Shown here in pieces: positions 49,484 through 58,916 of a stretch of DNA of 64,000 nucleotides; the stretch's first letter is position 1, and each line of letters starts with the position of its first letter. Below the pieces are notes generated by a model that saw only the letters and a list, made by a program, of their open reading frames with translations, was not told the origin of the DNA and did no database searches. The translations under genes were made by a program, and so were the position numbers. Source of the DNA: an uncultured Gammaproteobacteria bacterium (lineage in GTDB: Bacteria; Pseudomonadota; Gammaproteobacteria; Xanthomonadales; Rhodanobacteraceae); assembly GCA_963783075.1 (NCBI GenBank), contig CAWAMF010000008.1:72543-136542 (forward strand), in the 5' to 3' direction.

Positions 49484-51391
49484 ATGGGTGCAGGGGCGAA
49501 CTCCCGAACGGTTCGGTGGTGGAGGCGCACGTCGCTGATGCAGCGGCTCGCGCTGGTTGCGCTCGTCCCTACGCTGGTGACGGCCGCGCTGCTGGTCACC
49601 ATGCTCACCCAGCACCAATTGGCCAGTCTACGCGGCATGGCGCAGAACACCGCCGATGCCATCGCCACGCAAGCGGCCTCGGTAACCGCCGCGCCGCTAC
49701 GTGACATGCAGCGCCGCGAACTGGTGCGCATTGCCGAATCGATCGGGGAGCTTCCCCACGTCGCACGCGTGCAGATTCGTGCCGCCGATGGCGAGATCCT
49801 GGCCGACGAACTGGGACGCAGCGGCGCCAACAACACCGACACGCTGACGGTGACGCGCGACGTGGTCGACAGCGATCAGGCGGGTCATCCCGTACTCGGC
49901 TCGGTGATGGTGGATGTCAGCCTCAGCGACGCCATTGCCGCCCAGCACGCCAGCCTGCAGCACGCACTAGCCGCCTTGTTGGTGAGCCTGCTAGTGGCCG
50001 CGGTGATCGGTTGGCAGGCTGCGCGCTGGATCAGCGCCCCGCTACGCCGCCTGGTTGCCGCCGTGCATCAGCTGGGCCGCGGCGATCGCCATGTCGAGGT
50101 GGAGGTTACCGACCAGAGCGAGATTGGCGAACTGCAACGTGGCTTCAACAGCGCGGCGCTGGCCCTTTTCGATGTACAGCGCAGCATGGAGAAGGAAATC
50201 GAGCACGCCACGGTGGAGCTGGCGCGCAAGAACGCGGCACTGGAAGCGGCCAGCGTTGCCAAGGCGCGCTTTCTCGCTGCGGCTTCGCACGACCTGCGCC
50301 AGCCGCTGTATGCACTGACCCTGTTCTCTTCGTCGCTGGCGGTGGACGAACGCGATCCGGTGCGACTCGATCGCATCGCGCATATCCAGGAATGCGTGGA
50401 AGCGCTCGATCACCTGTTCAGCGAACTGCTTGACCTGTCGCGCCTGGAGACTGGCGCCATGCAGATCGAGATCACCGAATTCCCGCTCGATCAGGTATTC
50501 GAGGAAGTCAGCCGCAACTTCCGCATGATTGCCGAACAACACGGGCTGCGCCTGATCATGCGCGCCACCAACCTGTGGGTACGCAGCGACCACACCATGC
50601 TCGCGCGCATTCTCAATAACCTCGTAAGCAACGCGCTGCGGTACACCAGCTCGGGTGGCGTGCTGGTGGTTGCCCGTCGCCGCAGCGACAACACCGTGCG
50701 CGTCGATGTATGGGACACCGGCAGCGGTATCGCTCCCGAACACCAGGCGCGCGTATTCGACGAGTTCTATCGGGTGGAATGTCATAACGGCAACGGCGAA
50801 CACGACACCGGTCCGCGCCGGGGCCTGGGCCTGGGCCTGGCAACCGTGCAACGCCTGGCCGAGCTGCTCGACACGCAGGTGCTGCTGCAATCCAGTCCCG
50901 GCCACGGCAGCGTGTTCAGTTTCCATCTGCCGGTGGTAGCTCCGCAGCAACTGTTCAACCCGGCAAGCGACGAGGCGCCGTTGGACGTGTCGGGCATGCG
51001 CGTGCTGGTGGTCGACGACGAGCCGGCGATACTCTCGGGTATCCGCTACCTGTTGCGCAGCTGGGGTTGCGAGGTCGCGGTGGCCGAGGATCGCACGCAG
51101 GCGCTGCAGGCTGCCGAGGAGTGGCCAATGCCCCCTGATATCGTCATCTCCGACCTCAGATTGCGCGATGGCGAAAGCGGCCTGGACGTGTTGGCTGCGC
51201 TGGACCAGCACTACCAGCGCGACGGCAATCCACCCTTCCCGCGCCTGCTCATCACGGGCGAAACGCGCAGCGACCGGCTTCGCGAAATCATGGCCGCCAA
51301 AATTCCGGTGCTGTACAAGCCGGTGTCGCCCGAGCAGCTGAAGGAAGCCATGATGGCGGCGTGGAACACCGCGCACGCAACCGTGGCCTGA
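49484..51391 (+). CDS. Hybrid sensor histidine kinase / response regulator
   Basis: Two TM helices flank a ~105-aa periplasmic loop. These are followed by a HAMP-like linker, the H-box FLAAASHDLRQPL, the ATPase motifs NLVSNALRYT, DTGSGI and GLGLGLA, and a C-terminal receiver (VLVVDDEP...ISDLRL...YKP). The start could be ATG 49538. Confidence 0.9.
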   Translation: MGAGANSRTVRWWRRTSLMQRLALVALVPTLVTAALLVTMLTQHQLASLRGMAQNTADAIATQAASVTAAPLRDMQRRELVRIAESIGELPHVARVQIRAADGEILADELGRSGANNTDTLTVTRDVVDSDQAGHPVLGSVMVDVSLSDAIAAQHASLQHALAALLVSLLVAAVIGWQAARWISAPLRRLVAAVHQLGRGDRHVEVEVTDQSEIGELQRGFNSAALALFDVQRSMEKEIEHATVELARKNAALEAASVAKARFLAAASHDLRQPLYALTLFSSSLAVDERDPVRLDRIAHIQECVEALDHLFSELLDLSRLETGAMQIEITEFPLDQVFEEVSRNFRMIAEQHGLRLIMRATNLWVRSDHTMLARILNNLVSNALRYTSSGGVLVVARRRSDNTVRVDVWDTGSGIAPEHQARVFDEFYRVECHNGNGEHDTGPRRGLGLGLATVQRLAELLDTQVLLQSSPGHGSVFSFHLPVVAPQQLFNPASDEAPLDVSGMRVLVVDDEPAILSGIRYLLRSWGCEVAVAEDRTQALQAAEEWPMPPDIVISDLRLRDGESGLDVLAALDQHYQRDGNPPFPRLLITGETRSDRLREIMAAKIPVLYKPVSPEQLKEAMMAAWNTAHATVA

Positions 51392-51397
51392 TCATGG

Positions 51398-53221
51398 TCA
51401 GGCCAGACGTCGTGCCAGCAGCCAATCCCCAGGCAGGAAGCGAACGAACAAGTCGTCGGCAAAATCGCCACCCGGCCTGCCGGCTTTTGCATCAGCGGTG
51501 AGGTAGAGGCCGCACCAGAGCAGCCGGCGTGCCACCACCGTTTCTCTCGCGAGCACATGATCGACAAACGTCTGCAAGCCACGCTGGAAGCTTGGCAGCG
51601 ACTGCACGAAGTCGAAGACCTCGCGTCGCCCCCGGGCATCGCGCTGTGCCGCAAGAACGGCCAATGCCGTCGTTTGCAAGCGCTCGATCAGGTCATTCAA
51701 ATGGACGTCCATACGTCCTTCGTCTTGCGTCGAAGCTGGCGTGCCGGGCGGGCGCACGCCAAGTGCCCGGTGCAGCACGGCCGATGGCAGTGTCGCCCGG
51801 AACGCGGCATACCCGGGCAGTGCGTCCAGCCCGGTCAGCACGATGTACAGCGGCAGTTGCAGCTGCATTTTGCTGGCGGCCTCGGCGGCCAGGTCACATA
51901 ACGTCGCCGCATATGTCGCAATGGTCGGTACCGGCTCCCACAGGCGCGTTGCCGCGGCGCAAAGCACGATGCCGTCGAGTGGCAGCTTGCGACGTTCCCG
52001 TGCCAGCAAGCCCAGCGCCTGTTCCCATGGCGCGTCATCGCCACGCGTGCCATCCGCGCCAGGCATAAGATGCGGCCCCGGCTCAATGGCGATCAACGAT
52101 CGAAAGACCCACCAGTGCCATGGCTTGGACAACTCTTCGCCGCTGAACTGGCGTGCATGCGGCGCGTGTGCCGCCGCGCGCAGCAGTCCGCGGACATTGG
52201 CCACGCTGTCGCCCATGAACAGCAACCAGGGATGCCGCGCCAGCCGTCGCCAGGTGCGACGCCGGCGAAACGGGTGAAGGATGGCGCCGCGCACGTGCCG
52301 CGCCGCCTCCATCAGGGCGGCCCACAGCTCGCCCACGCCATGGCCGGTCTCTGGATCGGTCGCCAGCCGGTGATGCGCACGCTTGAGCACGACTTCGTGC
52401 CAGACCATGGTCGCGCCCCAGCCAAGCGCTCCTGCGATAGCCATCGCCACGGCCGCTGCATACCAGGCCTGCGTCGACATCGCGCTGCTCAACGCGGGCG
52501 CGACAAACGCGAGCAGCACCAGCAACACCAGCGAACCCGCCACGAAGGGCGCAGGCCGGCCAGTCCATACCGCCTGCAAGGGATTCATCGGGAAGCCCGG
52601 CGCTCGATAAGGTTGGGTCGTAATCGCATCGCGCTGCAGGGACTGCAGAAGTGCCGGCGCATTCACACTGGGTGGACAGTGCAGGGCCTTGATCCGCCCC
52701 AGCTCGCCGTGGTCGCCCAACTCGTAGTAGTACTGCCCAACAAAGCCGAGCAGCAGCGCCATGCCGTAAACCTCGCGAACCTCCTCGGCATGGCCGCCCA
52801 GGCCGGCAAGGTGATCGAAGAATTCGCTGGCTGCGCCACCGGTGTGGAACAACGCCAGCTGCAGGGGCACCGCGTGATCCCACGCATCGTCGTGGCGCAC
52901 GACCATTTCGTCGAACCATGCCACCACCGCAAAGGCGGCCATCTCGACATCGGTCAGCGATTTCCCCTCGGCCAGCGCAAGCGTGCGCGCCTGCTCCAGT
53001 AGCGCCTGCATCCTGGCCTGCACCACGGCAACGCCATCAGACTCGACCTGCGCAGCCGCCTGTTCGTCGACAAGCAGTCCATACGAAAACAGGGGTGAAA
53101 AGCACTCCAGCAGCCGCATGGCGCCTAAGCCGGCCATGCGCGAGCGACCAGCGCCGCTTTGCCACATCGCGCTTGCTGGCTCGGGTAGTCGGTAATCTGC
53201 CGGTTCATCCACGCGTTCCAT
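51398..53221 (-). CDS. DotU(TssL)-like / IcmF(TssM) N-terminal-domain-like fusion membrane protein, nucleotide-binding motifs degenerate
   Basis: The ORF is 51398-53323, and the likely start is ATG 53221 (MERVDE...) or further downstream. The DotU-like block is AAFAVVAWFDEMVV...LALFHTGGAASEFFDHL...VYGMALLLGFVGQYYY. Two TM helices follow. The IcmF-N-like blocks are HPWLLFMGDSVANVRG, WHWWVFRSLIAIEPG, LPLDGIVLCAAATRL and LPLYIVLTGLDALPGYAAF. Confidence 0.7.
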   Translation of the reverse strand: MERVDEPADYRLPEPASAMWQSGAGRSRMAGLGAMRLLECFSPLFSYGLLVDEQAAAQVESDGVAVVQARMQALLEQARTLALAEGKSLTDVEMAAFAVVAWFDEMVVRHDDAWDHAVPLQLALFHTGGAASEFFDHLAGLGGHAEEVREVYGMALLLGFVGQYYYELGDHGELGRIKALHCPPSVNAPALLQSLQRDAITTQPYRAPGFPMNPLQAVWTGRPAPFVAGSLVLLVLLAFVAPALSSAMSTQAWYAAAVAMAIAGALGWGATMVWHEVVLKRAHHRLATDPETGHGVGELWAALMEAARHVRGAILHPFRRRRTWRRLARHPWLLFMGDSVANVRGLLRAAAHAPHARQFSGEELSKPWHWWVFRSLIAIEPGPHLMPGADGTRGDDAPWEQALGLLARERRKLPLDGIVLCAAATRLWEPVPTIATYAATLCDLAAEAASKMQLQLPLYIVLTGLDALPGYAAFRATLPSAVLHRALGVRPPGTPASTQDEGRMDVHLNDLIERLQTTALAVLAAQRDARGRREVFDFVQSLPSFQRGLQTFVDHVLARETVVARRLLWCGLYLTADAKAGRPGGDFADDLFVRFLPGDWLLARRLA

Positions 53222-53443
53222 CCATGCGCTGGCAACGCCACCGCCACGCTTCAAGCACGGTACGCATGAGCGATCCCCCATCGCAGAGCTTCGATTGTCC
53301 GGACCGCTTCCATGAGCAGCCATATCACCTTGTGACTAGACCATTCGTGGGCGCCGCACGGTTGCTGTACGAGCGGGCTGGGGCTATGTTGCGCAAGCGG
53401 GTGTGCGGCGATGGGAGCGCAGCATGACGCCATGGGGAATGAC

Positions 53444-54121
53444 ATGCGCATACTGATCGCGGACGACCACCGACTGATCGTCGAAGGGGTCAAGCTCAAG
53501 CTGGGCGAGCTGGGACCAAACACCGAATTTGTCATCGCCATGGACATGGCCGAGTTGCGCGAGGCCCTCCACGCACCGGAGGCGTCTTCGTTGTCGCTGG
53601 CCATGATCGACCTGGCGATGCCGGGCGTGCGGGGCAGCGAGCACCTCGCCGAAGTGGTCGAACGATTGCCTGATGTACCGGTCATCGTGCTGTCCGGGTC
53701 GGAAGATCCGAGCCTGATGAAAAGCCTGCTTGCGATGGGCGTGCAAGGTTTTATCCCGAAAGCCTATTCGCCTGATGTGATGCTGTCGGCAGTACGGCTG
53801 GTGCTCTCCGGTGGCGTCTACGTGCCTCCGCTATTGCTGCAGGAACGCATCGACGGTGCCGTGCCTCTGCCGGCGGCCGCCGCGGCAGCGGCCCCCCCGT
53901 CGCCCGACTCGCTCGAGGAACGCCTGCGCAAGCTACTCACCGAGCGCCAGATCGACGTACTGCGCCTGCTTTCGCAGGGCAAGCCCAACAAGCTGATTGC
54001 GCGTGACCTGGGCATCAGCGAGGGCACGGTGAAAATCCATCTGGCAGCCATCTTCCGTGCACTCAATGTACGTAATCGCGTTGAGGCGGTGGTGGCATCG
54101 CGGCGTATCAGCGGCATCTAA
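53444..54121 (+). CDS. NarL/FixJ (LuxR-type) response regulator
   Basis: The preferred start is ATG 53444 (MRILIADDH...). The receiver residues are DD, the MIDLAMPG phospho-acceptor, VLSG and FIPK. The C-terminal LuxR HTH is LTERQIDVLRLLSQGKPNKLIARDLGISEGTVKIHL. Confidence 0.9.
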   Translation: MRILIADDHRLIVEGVKLKLGELGPNTEFVIAMDMAELREALHAPEASSLSLAMIDLAMPGVRGSEHLAEVVERLPDVPVIVLSGSEDPSLMKSLLAMGVQGFIPKAYSPDVMLSAVRLVLSGGVYVPPLLLQERIDGAVPLPAAAAAAAPPSPDSLEERLRKLLTERQIDVLRLLSQGKPNKLIARDLGISEGTVKIHLAAIFRALNVRNRVEAVVASRRISGI

Positions 54122-54260
54122 GGCCCGCTGGGCATGTTTGTGCACCCCGGCTGTTTCACCTGACGCTAACGGTAGCCGCGTATCCTCGCCCACAAGACCG
54201 CACGCACGGCCCCACCGTTTTCGGCTGGGAGTATCCGGCGGCCCGGGGGGAGACATCACG

Positions 54261-55313
54261 TTGCCAAGGACATGGAGCCCAAGCCGTTGGCCCTGGCCGG
54301 TCAGGTCGGTATCGGTCTGGCTGCTTTGCGCCTGCCTGGTCGCCTCGGCTCCAACCGTCGCGGCCCCCGCGCCTGAAGGCGGCACGCATATTCGCGCGCT
54401 GACCTTCGGCATCCTGCCGATAGGCGGCCCGTCCGAATCGCTCGAAGCCTGGCGCCCCATGCTCGACGATCTCAGCCGCGTCCTGCACCTGCCCGTTCAC
54501 AGCCTTTCGGTGAGTACCTATGAAGGGCTTGGCCAGGCCATGGCTGAGGAGCGCGTCGATTTTGCGTTCGTGTCCGGGCGCCTGGCGCTCGACGCGGTGA
54601 CCCACGATCACATGCAGGTGATTGCCCAGCTGGCTCGCAGCAATGGCTCGCGTGGCTATTACTCGGTACTGCTGGTGGCGAAGGACTCGCCCCTGCGCAG
54701 CATCGACGATCTGTTCCGCCAGCCTGGCCGGCTCCGCTATGCGCGGGGCGAAGTGCTATCGGTGTCGGGTTACCTGGTGCCGGAAACGCAACTGTTCGCC
54801 AATCGGCGGCTCGATTCGGACACCTTCTTTACCAGCGTGAGCGTGGACAACCATCAGAACAACGCGTTGGCGGTGGCCAATAACGAGGTTGACGTAGCCA
54901 CCAACAACACGGCCGACCTGGAGCGTTTCTCCAAGCGCTTTCCCGATCAGTACGCAAAGCTGCGCGTACTATGGACGTCCAGCCTGATTCCCCACGCGGT
55001 CATCGTCATTCGCTCGGACCTGCCGGCGGATCTGCGCCAGCGGGTGACGGCCGCACTCACTACCTACGCCAAGGGTAAAAACGCCACGGCGGAGCTGGCC
55101 AAGCTGCAGCAGATCCACGACATCAGCGGCTTCACGCCCGCCGGCAATGAAACGCTGGTGCCATTTGCCGACATCGAATTCAACCTGGAACGGCGTCGCG
55201 CCTACAGCGCACAGTGGGTGAGCGATGCGGCCATGCAAGCGCGACTGCACAAGATCGACGCGGAACACGAGGCGCTGGTGAGGCGCCTGATGGCACCTCC
55301 CAGCCGGCCCTGA
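54261..55313 (+). CDS. Periplasmic substrate-binding protein, PhnD/phosphonate-binding-like family
   Basis: There is no in-frame ATG before the signal peptide, so I propose TTG 54261 with GGGGGAG upstream, giving (M)PRTWSPSRWPWPVRSVSVWLLCACLVASAPTVAA. The body ...LTFGILPIGG...STYEGLGQAMAEERVDFAFVSG...YYSVLLVAKDSPLRSIDDL...VSGYLVP... is PhnD-like. Confidence 0.7.
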   Translation: MPRTWSPSRWPWPVRSVSVWLLCACLVASAPTVAAPAPEGGTHIRALTFGILPIGGPSESLEAWRPMLDDLSRVLHLPVHSLSVSTYEGLGQAMAEERVDFAFVSGRLALDAVTHDHMQVIAQLARSNGSRGYYSVLLVAKDSPLRSIDDLFRQPGRLRYARGEVLSVSGYLVPETQLFANRRLDSDTFFTSVSVDNHQNNALAVANNEVDVATNNTADLERFSKRFPDQYAKLRVLWTSSLIPHAVIVIRSDLPADLRQRVTAALTTYAKGKNATAELAKLQQIHDISGFTPAGNETLVPFADIEFNLERRRAYSAQWVSDAAMQARLHKIDAEHEALVRRLMAPPSRP

Positions 55314-55326
55314 ACCTGTTCTTCGC

Positions 55327-55845
55327 TTAGTGCTGCATGTCCTTGATGTTCATGCTTTGCCCATTGGGCATCACCATGTCACCCGGCTTCTGGCCCGCCG
55401 CGCACTGACCCACCCAATGCCCCGTGCTGGTAATCGTCATGTCGCTGTGCCCCATCATGGCCGGGTCATACGTCATATGACCCTGGGTCTGGTAGGACGT
55501 ATCACCGTCGAACCTGGTTTCGCTGTGGCTGGTCATGCTGACCGGGCCGCTGGGACCATTCATCTTGCAGACGGCGTCGGACACCACCATCGTGCCCTCC
55601 ACGTGGATGTCGAACTTGCTGCACATGTGGCCGCTCATCTGCGCGCCCATTTTGTACATCGCCTGGTCGGTATCGGCATCGAGGCAAAGCTTCATTACCT
55701 GCGGCTGGCCGCCCATGCCGGTGGTCTGCATTTCCCACAGGCCGGCCTTGCGCTTGGGCATGTTGGCCGGAAGATCCTGCGCCAGGGCAATGCCGGTGAT
55801 ACCCAGCAGGGAAACAGCAAGCAAGCAACGACGACGTGCGGACAT
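55327..55845 (-). CDS. Secreted DUF3617-like protein
   Basis: The preferred start is ATG 55845, with signal peptide MSARRRCLLAVSLLGITGIALAQD. The body ...GLWEMQT...MKLCLD... is Met/Gly-rich and is recalled as DUF3617-like. Confidence 0.65.
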   Translation of the reverse strand: MSARRRCLLAVSLLGITGIALAQDLPANMPKRKAGLWEMQTTGMGGQPQVMKLCLDADTDQAMYKMGAQMSGHMCSKFDIHVEGTMVVSDAVCKMNGPSGPVSMTSHSETRFDGDTSYQTQGHMTYDPAMMGHSDMTITSTGHWVGQCAAGQKPGDMVMPNGQSMNIKDMQH

Positions 55846-56211
55846 GAGGGTCTCCAATCGGCCCGACGGGCCTGCGGGTGTGCAAGGTAGCGCCAAATCG
55901 GGCCGGCGTCATGCAGTGGCCTGGCGAGCGGCCTCGTGCCTCAAGCTTGCTCCTTGCCGGCAATTGCAGATAGGCCGTTTGCACTACGGCGCCAGGCGCT
56001 AGAACGAAGTGCTTATCGTCGACTCCGCTCCGATTCTCTAAAGTAACTGCCATGGCACGCTCCGCCGGAGCTGTGTCCTTAACGGCCGCTTCCTTTGCCT
56101 CACTGCCGCGGGTCCACCATCATGCAGCCGACTCACGTCATGCCCTGCCATCAGACGAGGTCTTGCGTTGGCCGGATGCCATCGTGTCAGCGGACGGCGG
56201 AGGCCTGAGGC

Positions 56212-57648
56212 ATGGAGTCGCGCGCCCACCTGCTCCCTCGCCTGTTCATCGACGTCGTGCTGCCAGGCACGATCGCCGCGCTGGCGCTCGTGCTGGCGCT
56301 ATGCGTCCAGCAGGTGCACAACCTGGGCGAGCGTGCCGATGCGGCCATCGCCCTGCGCACCGAACGCATTACTCACCAACTATCCAATGATGCGGGCGCC
56401 TCGCCGCAGAATGCACTCGATCGCGTCCTGCGCGACGGGCAGGCCGACCAATTGCTTCGCGTCGAACTGCACCGACTCGATGGCGGCGTCTGGAGCAGCG
56501 GCACGGCACCTGCCCAAGGTAGCGCCACCTACCGCAGTGAACTGGATCGGCGCGGCGATACCTCGTCCTGGTTGAGCCTGCAGTTCGATACCAGCCCCCT
56601 TCGCCGCGCGCAGGGCATGGTGTGGCTGCTGGGCAGCCTCTGTGCAGCAGGCATCATCGTGCTCGCATGGTTGGCCCGGGTCACCCTACGCCATCGTGTG
56701 CTCGAGCCGCTGTCGCATCTTCAGGCCTCGCTGCAGGAGCTGACCCAGGGCCGTCACCCGGGCACGGACATCACACCGGCCAGCGCGGAGTTCAGCGATA
56801 TCGGGCAAACCGTGCAGCAGTTGTTCGACACCGAGGAGGAGCAGCGGCGGGACTGGAGCGCCATGCAGCGCGACAATGCCGTCGAAGCACTCGATCGCCT
56901 GCGCCAGAGCCAGGCGGCCACGCGCAGCAAGTCGCAATTCATTGCGCTGGTCAGCCACCATTTCCGTCAGCCTCTGCAGGCGCTCGAGCTGTTCGCGGGA
57001 GGCTTCGATGCCCACGCCAACGACGAGCAACAAGCGCTGTTTCGCCAGGTGCGCGCCAGCATCACCTCGATGACGCGGCTGCTCGATGCGCTGCTGGAAA
57101 TCTCACGACTCGATGCCGGCGTCATCGCCGTCAAACCGGTAGGCTTCACGGCAGCCGAATTGTTTATGCGCGACCGCACCTCGCTCAATCACGAGGCCGC
57201 GCAACAGCATGTCGCGCTCGTGTGGCGCGGCAGCCACCATCAGCTGCACGGTGATGCGGACGTTGCCGCCAATCTGCTCTATCAGTTGGCCAGCAACGCC
57301 ATCATCAATGCGCCACAGGGTCGGGTGCTGATTGCGGCCCGTCGCCGGGGCCAGGCGATCCGCATCGAAGTGCGCGACAACGGGCCAGGCATCGCCGTCA
57401 TTCACCAGCAGCGAATTTTCGAAGAGTTCGTGCAGCTGCAGGGCGGCGAAAGCGAGCGCCGTAACGGCTACGGTCTTGGGCTGGCCATTGCCGAGCGGCT
57501 GGCGCAGTTGCTCGGCACGCGTATCGGCCTGCGTTCGGAACCAGGTCGCGGCAGCACCTTCTGGTTCGACCTGCCGCGCATGCCGGTGATGGAGATTCAT
57601 TCCAACCCCCGCAGCCGGCCTTCGGCCGCTTGGCGTCAGGCAAGCTGA
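56212..57648 (+). CDS. Sensor histidine kinase
   Basis: Two TM helices flank a ~115-aa periplasmic loop. The H-box is FIALVSHHFRQPLQAL, and the ATPase motifs are LASNAIINA, DNGPGI and GYGLGLAIA. There is no receiver domain. Confidence 0.9.
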   Translation: MESRAHLLPRLFIDVVLPGTIAALALVLALCVQQVHNLGERADAAIALRTERITHQLSNDAGASPQNALDRVLRDGQADQLLRVELHRLDGGVWSSGTAPAQGSATYRSELDRRGDTSSWLSLQFDTSPLRRAQGMVWLLGSLCAAGIIVLAWLARVTLRHRVLEPLSHLQASLQELTQGRHPGTDITPASAEFSDIGQTVQQLFDTEEEQRRDWSAMQRDNAVEALDRLRQSQAATRSKSQFIALVSHHFRQPLQALELFAGGFDAHANDEQQALFRQVRASITSMTRLLDALLEISRLDAGVIAVKPVGFTAAELFMRDRTSLNHEAAQQHVALVWRGSHHQLHGDADVAANLLYQLASNAIINAPQGRVLIAARRRGQAIRIEVRDNGPGIAVIHQQRIFEEFVQLQGGESERRNGYGLGLAIAERLAQLLGTRIGLRSEPGRGSTFWFDLPRMPVMEIHSNPRSRPSAAWRQAS

Positions 57649-57946
57649 TTCGCCGCGGGCGAGTGCCTGCGCCTACGCCGTCAGGCGGACCCGCAAAAGG
57701 TCGATCGTGCGGTTCCGTACCCGGTCTTTAGGCGCCTACACGGTGGATAGGACGGGACGACATCAAACAATTTTCCGCTTTCCGCATTCCGCCGTTTGAA
57801 CTGAAGCGAAGTTTTCAGCAATCGCATGCTTTTCAGCCGAACCAGCATCTGGTGCGGTGCAAAACAGCGAGGATGGCAAGCAAGGGGCGAAGCATGGCGG
57901 GTCAAGCCTCTTCGCGTCTGCGCGCTCTCTTGAGCAGAGGGCCGGA

Positions 57947-57979
57947 CAAAAAAAGGACTCGCGTTTCCGCGAGTCCTTG
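57947..57979 (-). terminator. Rho-independent terminator after tRNA-Lys
   Basis: On the minus strand AAGGACTCGCG-GAAA-CGCGAGTCCTT is followed by TTTTTTTG. Confidence 0.75.
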
Positions 57980-57986
57980 GATGCTT

Positions 57987-58062
57987 TGGTGGGCCGTCCA
58001 AGATTCGAACTCGGGACCAATAGATTAAAAGTCTACTGCTCTACCGACTGAGCTAACGGCCC
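57987..58062 (-). tRNA. tRNA-Lys (anticodon TTT)
   Basis: The minus strand reads GGGCCGTTAGCTCAGTCGGTAGAGCAGTAGACTTTTAATCTATTGGTCCCGAGTTCGAATCTCGGACGGCCCACCA. It folds as a complete cloverleaf with acceptor GGGCCGT/ACGGCCC, anticodon loop CTTTTAA, T-arm CCGAG/CTCGG and an encoded CCA. Confidence 0.95.
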
Positions 58063-58067
58063 AACAT

Positions 58068-58812
58068 TCAAAGGCAAGCCCGTAATTTTATGGGCTTGGC
58101 GCTCATGGCACAAGCGAAAGCGTTCAGATATAGCGGGTCGGGTCTGGGCAAACCGGCCGCCAGGAAGCCCTGCAAGCGCAGGCGGCAGGCGTCACAATGG
58201 CCGCAGGCACGGCCTTGCGCGTCGGCTTGGTAGCAGCTGACGGTTTCGGAGAAGTCGACGCCCAGGCGGCATCCTTCGCGCGCGATATCCGCCTTGCTCA
58301 TGCGCATCAGAGGCGCATGAATGCGGATGCCCGCCCCTTCCACGCCCGCCTTGGTCGCCACATTGGCAAGCTGCTGGAAGGCCTCGATGAAGGCCGGACG
58401 GCAGTCCGGATAGCCGGAATAATCCACGGCGTTCACGCCGCACCAGATGTCGGTGGAACCGAGCACTTCGGCCCAGCCCAGTGCAATGGACAACATGATG
58501 GTGTTGCGCGCCGGCACGTAGGTCACCGGGATGCCCTTGCCCGTCATCCTGATCGAGCGGCACATCGATATCGGCCGTCAGCGCCGAGCCACCGATGGTG
58601 CGCAGATCCACCTGCACCGTCTTGTGCTCGACGGCGCCGAGCGTGCGCGAAACACGCTCGGACGCTTCCAGCTCGGCGCTATGGCGCTGCCCGTAGGCCA
58701 CGCTCAGCGCGTGTACCTGGTAACCCTGTTCGCGGGCAATGGCGATGGTGACGGCCGAATCCATGCCGCCGGAGACAAGCACGACGGCCTTGCGGGGCGA
58801 TGATTGAGACAT
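58068..58812 (-). pseudogene. queC: 7-cyano-7-deazaguanine synthase QueC, one +1 frameshift near 58540-58560
   Basis: The N-terminal frame from ATG 58812 is MSQSSPRKAVVLVSGGMDS (PP-loop)...TADIDVP. The C-terminal frame is [17 protein letters not shown]...[10 protein letters not shown] (Zn cluster). The length is 3n+1. The likely extra base is a G/C in gacgggcaag. Confidence 0.85.
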
Positions 58813-58916
58813 GGGATACATCCACTCCAGGTTCAGGCCGGTGATCCGGCCGAAAAGCGCCAACGGCAACACAGGCCGACGCGCGGGAAACAATTGTCCG
58901 GGTTTTGCCCGCGCAG

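Noticed and set aside
54057-54260. The ORF-track start at 54057 for the PhnD-like binding protein overlaps the response regulator by 65 nt.
   Set aside because: The upstream 68 codons carry no signal peptide and overlap the LuxR HTH coding region. The in-frame TTG at 54261 with a G-rich ribosome-binding site gives a sensible signal peptide.
49484-57648. I considered a type VI secretion locus, prompted by the DotU and IcmF similarity.
   Set aside because: No sheath, tube, spike, baseplate, ClpV or TssJ gene is present anywhere in the window, and the IcmF-like part lacks both the P-loop and the periplasmic domain. I treat it as an orphan derivative rather than a secretion system.
57649-57986. 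I considered a genomic island or integrase attachment at the 3' end of tRNA-Lys, because a lower-GC patch lies around 57750-57870.
   Set aside because: There is no integrase, no direct repeat of the tRNA 3' end and no phage genes. The tRNA is followed by a normal terminator and then ordinary chromosomal genes.
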